64,000 nt of DNA from Dudresnaya verticillata (lineage: Eukaryota), in NCBI GenBank assembly GCA_977862235.1, contig OZ374560.1, forward strand, positions 2,418,001-2,482,000, read 5' to 3'. This document shows positions 35,275 to 49,277 of this stretch, in pieces (the stretch's first letter is position 1; each line of letters opens with the position of its first letter). Both the position numbers and the translations under genes were made by a program. Under the pieces are notes generated by a model that made no database searches, was not told where the DNA came from, and saw only the letters and a list, made by a program, of their open reading frames with translations.

Positions 35275-37612
35275 ATGTCTTCTTCTTCTTCGCCGGCAGG
35301 CGGACAACTGCAGTCCTTACAAGGCTCGGCTCCGCCTCCCTCCACGTTGGGCGCTCCCATAGGCCCACCCCTGCTCCTGGCCTGTATCCACCGTTATTGG
35401 GGCCAACAACAGCTCCTCCGGTCCCGTTATCAACTTGCCAGTTCATTCCTCCGACGGTTGTACGAGCAGGGTCAGCTTCCACAGCAGGTGCCGTCCGTAA
35501 TGAGGTACCGCCACGGACAGCCCCACCGGTCTCACCGTGGCGCACGCCGCCGGCGGCCATAGCGCCGCCGATGACCCCGCTGGCCGCTCCTGCCAATCTT
35601 CGTCCACCTCCAGTTGATGATGATTCCCAGCCAGAACACGACGTTTGGTTGGGCCGGGAAGAGTTCTACCAGAATAAACGACGTACGGCTGAGTGGCAAC
35701 AAGAGGTGAAGAACCAGTTTGGCGAGATGCAAGTCAAGATGTCCACCACGGCTCTGATTAGGGACCAACAGCTTCGCCAGGAGATACACTCCGTCATCCT
35801 AGACGGTGCACTTACGGCCATAGCGGAACGTTATGATGAGCGTCTGGAAAAGGTCGAGAAGGCCGTTTTGTCTTCCGACGGGAAGGGAAAACTTCCCGCT
35901 CCTCCTGGCCAGACAAGGTCCGAGTCCGCTCGGATAACACCGGTCAACCTACCCGTCTTGGCACCGCAGGTGGGTGAACCGGTAGCAGCAGTGCAGAAGC
36001 AACTGGAAAAGTTGCAAGATGAGATAACGGCCTTGTCGCATCCTGTCAAGGCTCGGCAAAATATTCCTGAAGGAGGGGTACCCCCGCAAGAGGGCAACAC
36101 TCAGAACAGTGGTGCCGCCCCACGGACTGCTTTAGTTGGACCTTCGGGGCCAGTTGATGCAGGGGAACCTTCCATGGGATACACTGGCCAGTTGGATGAA
36201 ACAGGTCTTCCTGTAGCGATGATGGGGCCAATGGAACCAGGTCTAGAGCCTCTCAAGACCCTCCAAGAACCCTTCCGGCGGGTGGTGGATTACCGGACCC
36301 ACCGTCTGTTAGATACCCGGCCAACGATGACTATGGAGGACCTTCAGCGCTTGTCCCGGATGACTCGTCAAATCCGGAACTTGTTCCCGCAGATGAACCC
36401 ATTTGATGGCCGTCGTCCGATCGAGCTCCTGTCCTTCCTCAAGGAGTTCAAGGATGCCTGTGATGGGACAAACGTCCATGAAGGGGCCGCTTTGCGTCTT
36501 CTGGCCTTCTTTACGGCCGGTGATGCGAAGAGGTTCTATTCTGGCCGAAGTTCCCGTGGTATAAGGTCAGTACACTCCATCTTTCCGATGAGTGCATTTC
36601 AAAAATCAGCTGGCCACACTTAGTCCACGTTCTCATCAAGCGCTACTGCACCGAAGATGTTCTGGCCGCTGCATTCGACAAAGTGGCCGGAAGCAAACAG
36701 AAAGATACCGAGACAGAAGCGGAATTCGCTGAGCGGTTGGGGGATGCGGCGCTGTCGTGCGCCGATGTCTTCTCGGAGAACACCCTGATCAACCATTATG
36801 TGAGGGGTTTACCTTCGACCACTCGTTCGGCCGTAGCTGAGAAGCTTATGCAGATGCGGCCGGAGGAGAAGGACGTTTCGACGGTGCGCCGAATCGCCAT
36901 CGCTGAGGGGGAGACACACAGAGCCTACTTGGCTTCTGCACGTCCCAAAACAAGGTCGGCCAGTTCTCGAAGTGCGTTGGTCATCCCTACCCTTGCGGCC
37001 GAACCTGCTTGGCAGGCGGAGCCCGAGGATATAGCGGCCAACTATGATGATCCGTTTGACACCATACCGGTTATGGTCATTAACCCTGGCCAGAATGGTG
37101 CTCAGCAAACACCGACGATGATGTCGACCACGCCGTCACCGGCAGGATCGTTGTCCGGGGGTAATACCCCGGACCCACTCCGGAAACCTCCGATGTTAAC
37201 GTCGGATGAGCTGGCCAAAGTCGCTATTATGCTACGCAGTGACAAAACCAGTGCTCGTTGTTGGGGTTGTCGCGAATGGGGCCATGATTTGCACACTTGT
37301 GTGTACTTACCACTGGCCATCAGGAACTTGTCTGCCATACGTAACTTCCGCTTCCGAGATGAATTCGCTAGATGGCACCCCGAACAGTTTGCTGGCCGAG
37401 GTGGGCGAGGTTACCGCCCCGACCAAAGGAATGTCTCCTTTGGGGATGGAAGGGGACGCCCTCCCCCTCAGGGAATACTCCGACGGCCACAACAATCATC
37501 TTCGAATCGTGGGAATCTGCAGGCCACGTTAGTCACTACGCAAGAACATCCATTGGATGAGGTGGTGGCCGATGCGGAGTCCGATAATTCTTCGTTGGCA
37601 TCGGGAAACTAG
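35275..37612 (+). pseudogene. gag: Gypsy-2 gag (frameshift and in-frame stop)
   Basis: ORFs 35275-35562, 35166-36623 and 36683-37612. CWGCREWGHDLHTC knuckle. Ends G GGA AAC TAG. Confidence 0.85.
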
Positions 37613-37632
37613 CCGGGCCGAGATCTTCGGTC

Positions 37633-40600
37633 GTGATCCCGTTGCCCGTACACGTCCCAAAACCGGCTAGTCTCGTTTCAGTTAAGTTGTTTCCTTTTAG
37701 TCATCTCCATTTTTCTTCTTTGTTAGCCATTGCATGGCGTTTGGCAACGCCAATCCAGGTTTGGTCAACCCATGATTTGACCTACCACTGCCCATTTTCA
37801 TCTAACGGTCTGGTGTGGTCACCGCCCTGGAGGTTTGGCAATACTACATCATCATCCACCCCCACCACAAACGATGGGGGTTCGTTGCCAAAGAGTGGCC
37901 GTAAATCATCGAACGACGAACAGAAAGAAGAATCCCAACTGGCCAGTGTTTCATCACAAGGTATGGTCTGCATCCTGGGTGGGACCAACTATACCCTTTC
38001 GGGTTCATTTGGACTCACAATGTCCGCCTTGTTACCCGGGCCAATTGTCTTAGACACGTGCTCGGGTTGGAACATCATCCGCTTGGATCCGTTGCCTCCC
38101 AATTGGAAGGACAACGCACTTACGTTGACATCCCCACCTCTTCTGGGGCACGCCAACCAACGGCCGATTCATTTTAGAGGGGCCGTTTCCTTGGTCGTGC
38201 TCTTAGGCCGTCACTCATATCGAGTGCCGTTCCTTATCGCCGACTTTCGCTTTGCCGTATCCGTTTTGTTGGGTACGGCATTTCTGAACACGCACGTGGA
38301 TTCCATCCAGTGCCGTGGACAGACCGTGCACTTAGTGCGCGGTGACGTCCTTCCTTTGTTACTCGACAGCACTTCGATGGCTCTGGGGGCAGAGCCAACC
38401 GCTGGGAAGGGGGCCCCGCCTCCGGGTAATTCCAATTCGGCCAGTACGGAACGCAAGACCCCGCGACACTACGCGGCCACTGTACGCTTGACGAAAGGTC
38501 TGACCATACGGGCAGGTCAACAGGCCACCGTGTCTGTTCGCAGCGATGGCCGAGGGTTGTGTGTGTTGGAGCCCAAACATTCTTTGAGCTTCCGGCACCA
38601 TACGCGGATGGCCAATGGATTTGCAGAAGTTTGGCCGCAGAAACCATTCCAGGTAATGCTGGCCAACTGGGGAAGAAAGGATGTCTTACTGCCAAAGGGT
38701 ACCGTGGTCGGCTATGCTGTCCGCCACCCCTTGGCAATCCTGACACCACACGGACAGAGTTTGGAGAGTATGACCAGTGTACTTGGGCTTACTCCACTTG
38801 TGGATCAGGATAGTAGTCAAGTAGAAGTAGAAGAATCTGGCCAAGAAAGAGTTGAGCCTTCGGAACCAAAGGTACCCAGACAAGAGGCGCAAGAATGGCG
38901 GGATAATATCAAGCTTGATCATATTCCGGACAAGAAACAACGCGAAAAGATAATGGCCATTCTAGAGAAACACAGTGCTATGTGGGACGGTTCCCTGGTA
39001 CAGATCATGGCCACCGAACATCGGATAGACTTGGAAGATGGAACCCGGCCAATAAGAGCGATGCCCTGCCGACAGGGACCAACGTTACGCGCCATCGCAG
39101 AGGCCGACATTAGGAAGCAGTTGGAGGCCGGAGTGATAGAGCCATCGCACGGAGAATGGGCCTCGCCAATTGTGATGGTACCGAAAAAGGACGGCACCCT
39201 TCTTTTCTGCGTCGACTACCGCCGACTCAATGCGAAGACAGTTGGTGACGCGTATCCACTCCCGCGCATGGATGATTGTATAGACTCCCTTGGGGATGCG
39301 GCCGTGTTTTCAACCTTGGACTGCAACTCCGGATATTGACAAATGCCAGTGGCCGAGGAGGACAAGGATAAGACGGCCTTCACCTCTCACTTGGGAACAT
39401 TCAGGTACAATCGAATGCCATTTGGCTTGAAGAACGCACCAGCCACATTTCAGCGCGCGCTTGACATAGTTCTCTCTGGCGTCCGGTGGCAGATCTGCCT
39501 CATCTATCTGGACGATGTCATCGTGTTCTCCAAAAGTGTGGAGGATCATCTTGGCCATCTAGACGAGGTCCTAACCTTGTTGAAGGCGGCCGGAATCACG
39601 TTGAAGTTGAAGAAGTGTTCCTTCTTTCAGGCCAAAGTAGATTATCTGGGCCATTTAGTGACTCCCGGAAAACTAAGTATGACCATGCAGGGTACCAAAG
39701 CAATACAAGAGGCCGCGTTTCCAGGATCTCTTACGGAACTTCGGTCTTTCTTGGGAGCTTGCCATGTCTACGGAAGGTTTGTGGCCAAATACTCCACTAT
39801 CGCACGACCACTTACGCGCATGTTGTGCAAGGATGCCGAGCCGGACTTCGAACGGCCAACAGAGGAACAACGTCATAGCTTCGAGAAACTGAAGGCCGCT
39901 CTCGTCTCGCCACCTATTCTGGCCTTACCTAGATACAGCCGGCCATATGTGATTGAAACCGATGCCAGCGCATATCAGATTGGATGCGTCCTGCTCCAAG
40001 AACAAGAGGACGAGTCGTACCATCACGTGGGATATTGGTATCGTTCCCTGACGTCGGCCGAGAAAAATTATTCGGCCACTGAGCGCGAGTGTTTGTCTGT
40101 GGTATGGGCCATTACATCATTACGGCCATATGTTGAAGGTACCAAGTTCACAGTTCGTACGGACCATGATGCCCTCCGTTGGTTGATGTCGCTCACTGAT
40201 TCGTCTGGCCGTCTTACAAGATGGAGATTACGTCTGGCCGAGTTCGACTTTGTGATTGAGTATAAACCGGGGCGTAAGAACCAAGTCCCCGATGCCTTGT
40301 CCCGCTTGGTGGCCCCGCAAGAGAGCGGAGAAGCACGGCCAATAGAAGATACTGTACCTGTATTGGACGGTACCCCCTCTATTCTCACGACCACGCGGGT
40401 CCGGAGAAATCGAGAAGTTAATATGGCCGACAGGAGAGAACGAGACGATGGAGTCGACGCATGGGAACAGGAACATTTGATGGCCGATTATACGGACTAT
40501 GGACGAGCGGAAGTTTTCAGTCGTGCACAAATGGAAGGGAAGACAGCAGAGACTCTCCCAACATCAGTAACACAGGCTGAAATAATAGAAGGTCAGAAAA

Positions 40601-42026
40601 GCGATGACTTCTGCCAGACCATTCTTGCCACGCGAGCTGGGCTGGGACGACCCAAGAAACCTCTCTTCCTCGAAGGGGCTGATGGGGTCCTCTACAGACG
40701 TTGTCCGACAGATGGCCAGAAACAAATAGTGCTTCCAGCCTCGTTACATGGCCGCATTCTCCAGTTGTGTCACCATACCGTTCTGGCAGGTCACCCTGGC
40801 CAGAATCGAATGTATCAGACTCTTCGACGGACATACTATTGGCCGCACATGGCCGCTGATTGCCTAGCAACGGTTCGAAACTGTGGACATTGCGCGAAGA
40901 ACCGGATTCGTCGTCTCCGACATACATCGAAGTTACAGCTGTTCCCGGCCAGTCAACCATTAGAGAGTGTGGCCATGGATCTTCTCGGGCCTCTCCCCAT
41001 AACTAAGAAGGGGTTCGAGCACATACTAGTCATTACATGCCGCTTCTCGAAGCTCACTCAGGTGGTGCCGTTGACGAAAATAACCGCCTATAATGTGGCC
41101 ACGGCGTTTTGCGTTCACTGGATTTTCAAGTACGGTGCACCAAAGACAGTTATTACGGACAACGGTGGGCAGTTTGCGGCCAAGTTTTTCCAAGCGGTCT
41201 GCCGACAATTACAGGTGGCCAACATCTTCACAACGACATATCATCCGCAAACGAATGGCCAGGTGGAAAGGTACAATCGAACATTGGCCGCAATGCTGAG
41301 GAGCTACCTGAATGAACATCAGACTGACTGGGATGAGTACGCTGCGGCATTGACGTATGCTTATAATTGCCATATACATCGTTTGAATTGGTTCTCAGTC
41401 GGCCGCCGAGTCCATTCTTACTTGAAGCTACGTTAAACCGGCCAAAGCCAACAGGGACTGTGAAAGAAGCGTTCTTACGCCGACTATCAGAGGCCGTGGA
41501 TAAAGCTTCGGCCAGTTTAACTCGCACACAAGCGCGCTACAAGAAGGACTTTGACCGCTCAGTTAGAACGGGGAATAAAATGCTGGCCGCAGGGGGGTTT
41601 GTCTTCCTAGGCAACCCAGAAAAGTAGCCAAAGAAACTAGAGCATCATGACGAGGGGCCATACAAAACTAAAAGCAACGATGGCCGTACGTTCGTCATCG
41701 ACAGAGCTGGCCAACTGGAGCGTGTTAGTTCGGACCGAGTAGTAGCCGCGCCCAGGCCACAAGGGCAACCGATGGCTACGGAGACATTGGCCAGTGCCGC
41801 GTTGGGAAACCTTCCAGAAGGCGTCGCTGCGACGGCCGATGAATACGTCATTGACAAACTCACTGATATGCGCGAGGATTCAACTGGCCAGCGGTGGTTT
41901 CAGGTCAAGTGGTATGGGTATAATGGCCGAACGTGGGAACCCGAGGCTCTTCTGCCGGCCACGTGGGTATCCCGCTTCTTCGCGCGCTTGAAGCGCCGAG
42001 CTACGCCGGGCCAAAACAGTTCCTAA
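37633..42026 (+). pseudogene. pol: Gypsy-2 pol (PR-RT-RH-IN-chromodomain) with stops and frameshifts
   Basis: VLDTCSG, FCVDYRRLN, TGA at 39337 in place of W, YLDD, DASA, integrase core, and chromodomain EYVIDKL..VKWYGY..TWEPE (41840-42000). Confidence 0.95.
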
Positions 42027-42849
42027 GGTCAACATCGACATGGCCAGGGAAGTCAAGCGAGAGGAGTCAGAGTCTGGCCAAAAACTTGTGAAAACGGAGA
42101 TGCGGGGTGGTTCTGGACGGAGGAAGGAGATGCTGGGTGACAAAATACCCCGGCTGAAACCCCGTCACCAAAAACACGACGGCGGTGTTTAGGGTTAACC
42201 CAGAATAATGTAAGCTGGCCAATCACGTGAGAGAACGTTGCGGCCAGCAAATCTCCCGGTGTACGCCAAAATTCAGTGGGTGTAAATGGACGGTAGAAAC
42301 TGTCTCATCTTTTGCTGCCTTCTCCAAGTAACTCTAATTTCCACGCGTCGTGCTCCCAGGCAGGGGGGTTTTGCGCAGAGTGAGAGGTCAGGGGTAACAA
42401 CGATAACCCCTACCGACAACAAGAAGGAAATTGTCCAGAGAAGAAGACATGGCCAGATGAAGTGCTTGAAGTCGATGAGACAAAGACGAGCTGGCCGTTA
42501 CTTCTCCTTCGGCACCCGGAAGAAGCCTGTGCTCATGAGCATTGGCCAGAAGCAAGACCTACTGACCCGGACGAACAGAGGCCATACGGCCCCATTTGAC
42601 TAGTAACTGGCCACGATAACATGCAATATTTTTGGAGGTAACCAGTGCATTTTAACTCAAGACTGGCCGGACAGACTAAGTAACCCCCAAAGACAAGGGG
42701 GGCTGTCCAACATTAGACGCACTAACTTGGCCACCAACTTTTGATAACGTAAACACAAGACACAGGAAATCACAAGACTAATAATAACACATTGGCCAGC
42801 ATAACAGCACAAGACGAGCTGGCCAACTACTAATCCAACACCTTGACAA

Positions 42850-45800
42850 CTAACGACCATAAGGGCTTGGTGAGCGAGGAGAACCCGAAGCATAGGGCTC
42901 TCTGCTCCTTGACTGCGAAGGCGCATGAGGCGCTGTCGCGGGAACACGTGGGGCCGTCGCAGGAACGGTTGGCGGTGTCACAAAAGGCGAGGTGGCCGGC
43001 AGAGATAAGCTGCCAGGAACATGGCCAGGCTGAGCAACATTGGCCACAGGGGTCGGCGGAGCCGACACAATCGGACGAGTTGGCTCTCGTTGATAATCGG
43101 CCGGTCGAGACGGCGCACGTGGATGACTAGTGATATCTCCAGCGTGAGATGGCGTGGGGGTTGTGGCTGGTGCCACTGAAACCCCGGGATATTGCGGCAT
43201 AGCCGGCGCAGGCGTAGGCAAGGAAGACAGAGGAAACTGAGGCATCTGGCCAAAGACAGGGGGCGCATAAGCTGCGCGCAAACTGGCCAGTTGATGAAAT
43301 CCACGATTGCACTCCATTTCAAGTAAGGCCTGTTGATTATGCGTCTCGTCGCACCAGCGATCGCACTGCCTCTTCCACTCAAGACCCTGCTCGTTAGATC
43401 TGGCCAGTGACTCCTTTGTGGCCCGCAACTCGGCCTCGACCTGATCTTTCTGTCTTCTAACATTGGCCAGCCGCTCTTCACCCCGGCTGATCACCTCCTC
43501 CACTTCATCAACATGACGCCGTAGGCGGTTGAGTTCATCGGTCTGGCCACGCTTTGTGTCGCTGAGGCGGCCAAGGCTCTGGTTCAGCTGCCGCAAGATA
43601 TTAGCGAAAAACATTTGGTTAACATGGCCGCGCACAGAACGTTCGGCCACCACATGCGGATGAGGGTGCAAGAGGGGGGCCCGCACGATGGAAGCGTCGT
43701 TGGCCACTTCAACTCCAAAGCTACTGCCATGCCGAAAAGTCACTTGTTTGTTCCAGTCGAAACCGCAATAATTCTCATCATGGCCAGCCCTGCGTTGAAA
43801 CAAATGGTCCCGGTGCAGCACTGTGTCGACCAACGTCTCATAAAACGACACAACATCTGGCCAATACACATGATTGAACTGATGCTGATGCTCCTGGCTG
43901 ACGGGGAGGTAGGTAAGATCTTTCACCACCTCGACCCGTCGAGCAATGGCCTGAGAAGACATCCACCACATTCTATTCGACGCCTGTGCTTCGTAGTGAA
44001 AGAAGATGCTGGCCATTACATGAAGCTCAATAACAGCCGTCTCCTGGAAGCACTCAACCCAGGTGGGGTCGAGGGCATGACGACGATACTGGCCAACAAC
44101 ATAGTAAGCCAAAGGACTAAGCAAGCTGGCCTCGCCTCTCGATGGCCACTCCTTCCAAAGAAAAGCGGGAACGCTAGGGAAGAACTCAACAGGGGGCCAA
44201 AAACCTTCTTGGCCGCGAGTACTTCCATGGTAGACATAGCTACCACCCGTGCGATGAGCCAGCCAATCTCCCGGCGCTATGATGCGACGAAGATCTGTAC
44301 TGGCCATTTTTTCGTTTCGCACGGTCGTCTGTTCCCAGCGCTCTAGCATCCACGAGTGAGGGAAGGCTTAATACCAAGTGGAAGTGCAGGGATAGACGTT
44401 GGACTTGCCCTTGAATCAACCAAGCTCTGTGGACATACATTACGTCTTGCGCACACAACAGGAAGGCCCGGTCGCACTCGATTTCCGAAGGGATCCAATA
44501 GAGATGGCCATTTTCGTGCGACTCGCGATATTGGTGCCACGCCTCGCCCAGAGAACAGTGGCTTTCACGAATGCGAATCATGTCCAACTTGTCACTGTCG
44601 GCCACTAACTCGGTATAAGGTATATCTACGCGAGGTAACTTCGGCCAGATAGAAGTGCCTGGCAAACGTTCGTCCAAAACCAACTCGGGGCCATTTTGAT
44701 CTTCTAAGCCCGGTGGAATGTCGGCGCGGAAAGGCACAGCAGCACGAGTTTGCGAAGCTGGCTCGCGATCCGGATGCGTCGGGGCAGAAGGTCCAGTACT
44801 CGAGCTTGGGTTCTCCTGGCCAGTCTTGGTGATACCCACAGTTTTTTCGCGCGGTATAACTTCCTTCCCGCGAGGCTCTTCACTCGGGCCAGATGACTTG
44901 GGCTGCACACCTGCAGAAGGCGTAGAAGAAGACTGGCCAGTTTTAAGCTCATCGGCGTCGGGGAGCAAAGCCACAAATCGCCGCCGATCGCCGTCGGACA
45001 TAAGGTTGGCCGGCGGGATAGGTGTGGAAGCATCGACGTCAATAAATTCGTCGCGAGATATCGGGCCAACTTCCTTAGGGGGCAGCCGCTGCTTCTTGGC
45101 AGGAGGACCCTGAACAGCGGGCTTACCAATGTTTAACTTGGCCAGCTCACGCGCACGACTCGCAGCCGTCGGCATGAAAGGCGAAGGCGCCGAGCGCAGT
45201 CGTGGTGTAGATTTCCTCGAAGCACTTGGGGTTGCCGAACGTGACGACTTTCGCGGCACGGGGATATTGGCCAAAGCTTCTGGGGCCTTCTGCTCCAACT
45301 TATCTCCTTTCTTCTGCGCTGGCCCAATCTTCTCAGCGCCTCCAGGTACCTCTTCCTTGCTGGCCAGTGGTTCTTCTCGAGCGGGCACAAATACCATGGC
45401 CGAATCAGAAGCCTTGGGTTGAGCCGAAGCTACTTCTTCAGCTGCCGCAGTGGTAGCTTGAGTAACCAATGGACGATGGATGGCAATCACAGCCTTCTCA
45501 ATAGCGCTGGCCAACGGCGGTGGAGTAGGATTAATGGCCGTTGGCACAGAAGTGCTTGCGGCCGGCGTCAACTTCTTCGCCTCGAGGCGCTTCACTTCGG
45601 CCTGCACCAACCCTTTCTCAGGCGCTCCTGCTATCTTCTGGCCAGTTTTTCTCGTCTCCTTCGCTAGCGGGCCGACGATAGGAGATGCAGTCGGCTTACC
45701 CTTTCCGAGTTGGCCTGTTGCAGCCGCTGCCTCCTCCGACGAGGATGATGCGACGATGGTCACGCTGCGCACCACCTTGGCCTTCTGCGCATCGGCAAGT

Positions 45801-46240
45801 TTCTTCTTCAGAATGGCCAGTTGCTGCTCCTCAGCTTCGCGCCTCTTCTGACTGGCCGCTATCTCCTGCATTAACTTGTCGGTGCCAACGTCGGGCGTAG
45901 CTTGCACCATGGCCGGGGTTGCAGAGGCAGCAACACTCTTCTTCTGGGCAGTTTTGAGGGGCTTCTCCACCGCGGCCGCCTTCGCAGCAATCAACGGATC
46001 GTTAGATGCACGACTTGGGGTCTTGGGTGCTGGGGCAGAAGACGCCCTGGGCGTCTTCATCGCACGCGGCCTCGAACTCTGGCCAGTCTTCTTCGTGGTC
46101 GCCTTCACTCTGGCCACAGCGACTTCTTTGTTGCTCGACGGCGGTGTGGATGATGAACTAGAAGAAACGGTCAGTCGTACAGTCTTCTTCTTGGCCGACG
46201 CGGTGCGGCGCGGACGCGCTTTCGCAGGGCCACCCGCCAT
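42850..46240 (-). CDS. Antisense extra ORF of Gypsy-2, unknown function (two overlapping frames)
   Basis: ORFs 44240-46240 (666 aa, Lys/Ala/Pro/Ser-rich) and 42850-44349 (499 aa: aromatic domain, coiled coil, Pro-rich tail). Probably one frameshifted gene. Confidence 0.7.
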
Positions 46241-46478
46241 CGAGAGCGAACTGGCCAGGTGCGCACGATGGAAACCGAAACGAAGGAAGACGCGCGCAAG
46301 TTGTCAAGAAGCGAGAACGCCCGCGCAATGTTTTGGCAAGTGTTGGTAAGAGGAAGCGTGGTGTGGGCAAGATGGTGATGGCCGAGTGCAGCGAGAGGGG
46401 TAGCGGCGCGGATCACGCGCGCTGATATGGCTAGATGAAACCCTCGCGGCCAGGAGTCCGCCCTTGCGAAGGGGGCTC

Positions 46479-47241
46479 TGTGGTGCAACGGCAAGGGGGC
46501 CACCGAAAGGAAGCAACTCGACGGGCCAACTGTACGATCGGCCCAACCAAACGAAGACACTTGGCCAATGAAGCCGTGCCGTCGGGGCGCGGACGGCGGT
46601 GAGCGCGCGGAAGTATGAAACGTGGCCACCGACTGTACACGTGGCTCACACGTGGCCACCTACGACACCGAAGCGCACCATGTGGCCCGCTGTACACGCA
46701 TGATCTGATTTTGCGACCAGACACAAATCGAAATTGGATTTGGCCGCACAGTGAATCAAAGGGAAGACAGTGGAAAAATCAAGGGAAAATCTAACTCGCA
46801 TGGCCAACCACTAACGCACAAGTACTTGGTTTAGTCTCGCAAGGGCCTTACATTGGCCCGAAGCCGGAACGCAAGTAGATATTATGGCCGACCGGAGTAA
46901 CCTCGGCCACCATCTGTAGAATAGCTCTAGATTAGCTCAGATGGCCGATTTTGGGCCTACTTAGCTGGCCACACACTACGGCTAAGCCGAAAAAGGTATG
47001 AAGCCGTCCCGCCAGAGGTTGGGAGTAAAGTTAGCAACTGAACCCCCGACTTGGCCATTTTACGTCCTCATCACGGATACTGGCCACGACTTCGTCTGCG
47101 CGCTCCCGCTTTACCACGCTTGCTGCCGGCGCGCAGGTCCGTTCTACGTTCGGCCAGTTTCTACGCAATCCGACAGGTCTTTGTGGTCTTCTTGGGGTCT
47201 CGTTTGGCTGCCGTACGCGGCGGTGCTCTAGAGATACTGCA
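46479..47241 (+). repeat. Gypsy-2 3' LTR
   Basis: TG...CA, preceded by a purine tract. Confidence 0.96.
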
Positions 47242-47246
47242 GCTAC

Positions 47247-48100
47247 GAGGGCTTCGCAGAGCTCCTTATGGGCCCTAATAGAACTTCGGACCGTATAAGT
47301 TAAGTTCATACTTGGTTGCCCTTCCGCAGAGAACTCGAATCTCTCTCTCCCTCTCGCTGTTGCACTGGTAGGTGCAATACCAGGGCCATCAGTGTGTATT
47401 GGGGCAAGAAAAGTTGGCGCGCAGTTCTCTAACGTGCAGTATTGCAAAACGTCCAGCGTGGCATCCAGCAGAGAGAGGTCTTGTTCGACATGGAAACCGT
47501 GACGTAACTCTGCGACCCAGTGTTGCGACGAGATTAAATCTCTGCTCCCATCAGAACAGCTATTTTCGGAGTCAGTGATTAAGTCGAGCAAATCGGATTC
47601 GTCCGACTCCGCTCCCGCTTCGATATCAGCTGTATCGATTCTGTTTAATCGCAACTTGAATAATACTCTTAGTGTTTCAGACAACTCTTTGTTCTCCAGC
47701 TCACAACCTACCTGCTTCTGCACGCATTCTTCGTTATGACCGACGCTACCTCTGGAGGTAGAGCTGAGGCGGTAGCATACATCCCTGTCCATACAATTCC
47801 GTAAGATATCAAGTCCGGATTCTGTCAAGCCGCGTTGTCCACTCAGTTTTAACGAAACCACTTTCTCCATCTTGGACAGAGCAAACCTTGCTAGCTTCAC
47901 AAATAACTTCAGGGCCTTAATCTGATCAGGTCTTCTCAGCAGAGATGACTTCAAAGATCGTTTCGGTTTGGGGATGACAGTACGCAGACGGTCTTACTGC
48001 GGGAGCTTGGCCACAATTCCAGCCGATGTTCCGTCCAGGACGATTCCTCTGAACTGAAATGCCTCTTGAGTGCAGAGATATCAGTATCGGAACTGAGTCC
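47247..48100 (-). pseudogene. KDZ transposase, middle part
   Basis: RGIVLDGTSAG (first catalytic Asp candidate). Joins in frame to 34029 when Gypsy-2 is removed (..CEALVA|IKDC..). Confidence 0.7.
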
Positions 48101-48104
48101 CAAG

Positions 48105-49277
48105 AACACAAATTTCGCCGGCTACAGAATTTCCAAAACAGAACAGAATTTTTTGAGGGTCCTTGAATCCCGGCGTTCGATAGCGCGTTGGAAAGGGAGC
48201 CCTACCCTGAGAATAGTGGTGCAAACAGATCGGAGCAAACGCAAATAGTTTCGGAGTTATGCGCTCCGGCATATGGGCCCCCCCGGGGTCGAAAGTTCCC
48301 GAAACTTGTGATTTTTCCGAAACGTTCCAATTAAAAATTCCCCAGAAATTGATTCTGCCCCGTCCCGCCGCCCGCGCCCCCGCCCCCGACCGCACACCGC
48401 ATTCTGGCGACTTCCCGCCGCATTCCGACGCGCTCGGACGTGGCTTCCCACCGCATTCCGACGCGCGCTCGGCCACCTCCTCACGTCCGACAGCCACTAC
48501 CACCATCACCCTTCCTGGTGCTGTTACTGGCCGACACATTCCGCATTCCGGCGCGTGCGCACGCGCTCTGCTTCTGCCTTGCGCGTAATGAGCCGCGCTT
48601 CCCCACCCCCTCCCAGACCCGTAGTGCCGCTCCCCGCCCCAGTCCAGACTGTGACCGCACTCTGTCTCACGCTCCCTGCCGTTCACCGACACCTCGCCGT
48701 CACCCTTCCCCGCTCACCGCGCCCGGCCGCATTCTGACACGTCCACATCAAGTTGCCGCATTCGGGCGCACGGTCAGCCCCTCCCAGCAGTCTCCCGACA
48801 CGCCTCCCTCACCCTTCCCCGCGCTCCTGCGCATCGCGCCCGGCCGCATTCTGACAGGTCCTCATCAAGTGCCCGCATTCTGACGCACGGTCAGCCCCGC
48901 CCAGCAGTCCCCCGACACGCCTCCCTCACCCTTCCCCGCGCTCCTGCGCACCGCGCCCAGCCGCATTCTGACACGTGCTCATCAAGTGCCCGCATTCTGA
49001 CGCATGTTCAGCCCCGCCCAGCTGTCCCCCGACACGCCTCCCTCATCCCTACCCCGCCCCCGTGCGGCAGCCCCGCCCAGCTGTCCCCCTACACGCCCCC
49101 CTCAGTCCTACCCCGCCCCCGTGCGGCACGGCCACCCGCATTCTGACCCGTCCTCACAACTGGGCCCACTACCCGTCCGACCTGGTACACTACCAGGTAG
49201 CTAAGCCACTTGCGCACCCGCGGTTCGGACTTAACTTGTGGCGTAGACTGACGTTACAGGCGTCGATTTCCCTTGCG
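48105..49277 (+). repeat. Left TIR with 117-bp tandem units and CCGCATTC motifs
   Basis: Reverse complement of 61803-62792. Tandem units start at 48727, 48844 and 48961. Confidence 0.92.

Larger units (their letters stand above)
34035..47241 (+). mobile_element. Ty3/gypsy chromovirus 'Gypsy-2', full length, decaying
   Basis: 763-bp LTRs at 34035-34797 and 46479-47241 with roughly 14 differences by eye. TSD GCTAC (34030-34034, 47242-47246), PBS at 34799-34817, PPT at ~46466-46478. Confidence 0.97.

Noticed and set aside
42850..46240. env gene for either Gypsy element
   Set aside because: Antisense orientation, with no signal peptide or transmembrane anchor.
48727..49080. Regularly spaced repeats as a CRISPR array
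   Set aside because: The 'spacers' are themselves repeated (117-bp tandem units), there are no cas genes, and the context is a eukaryotic TE.
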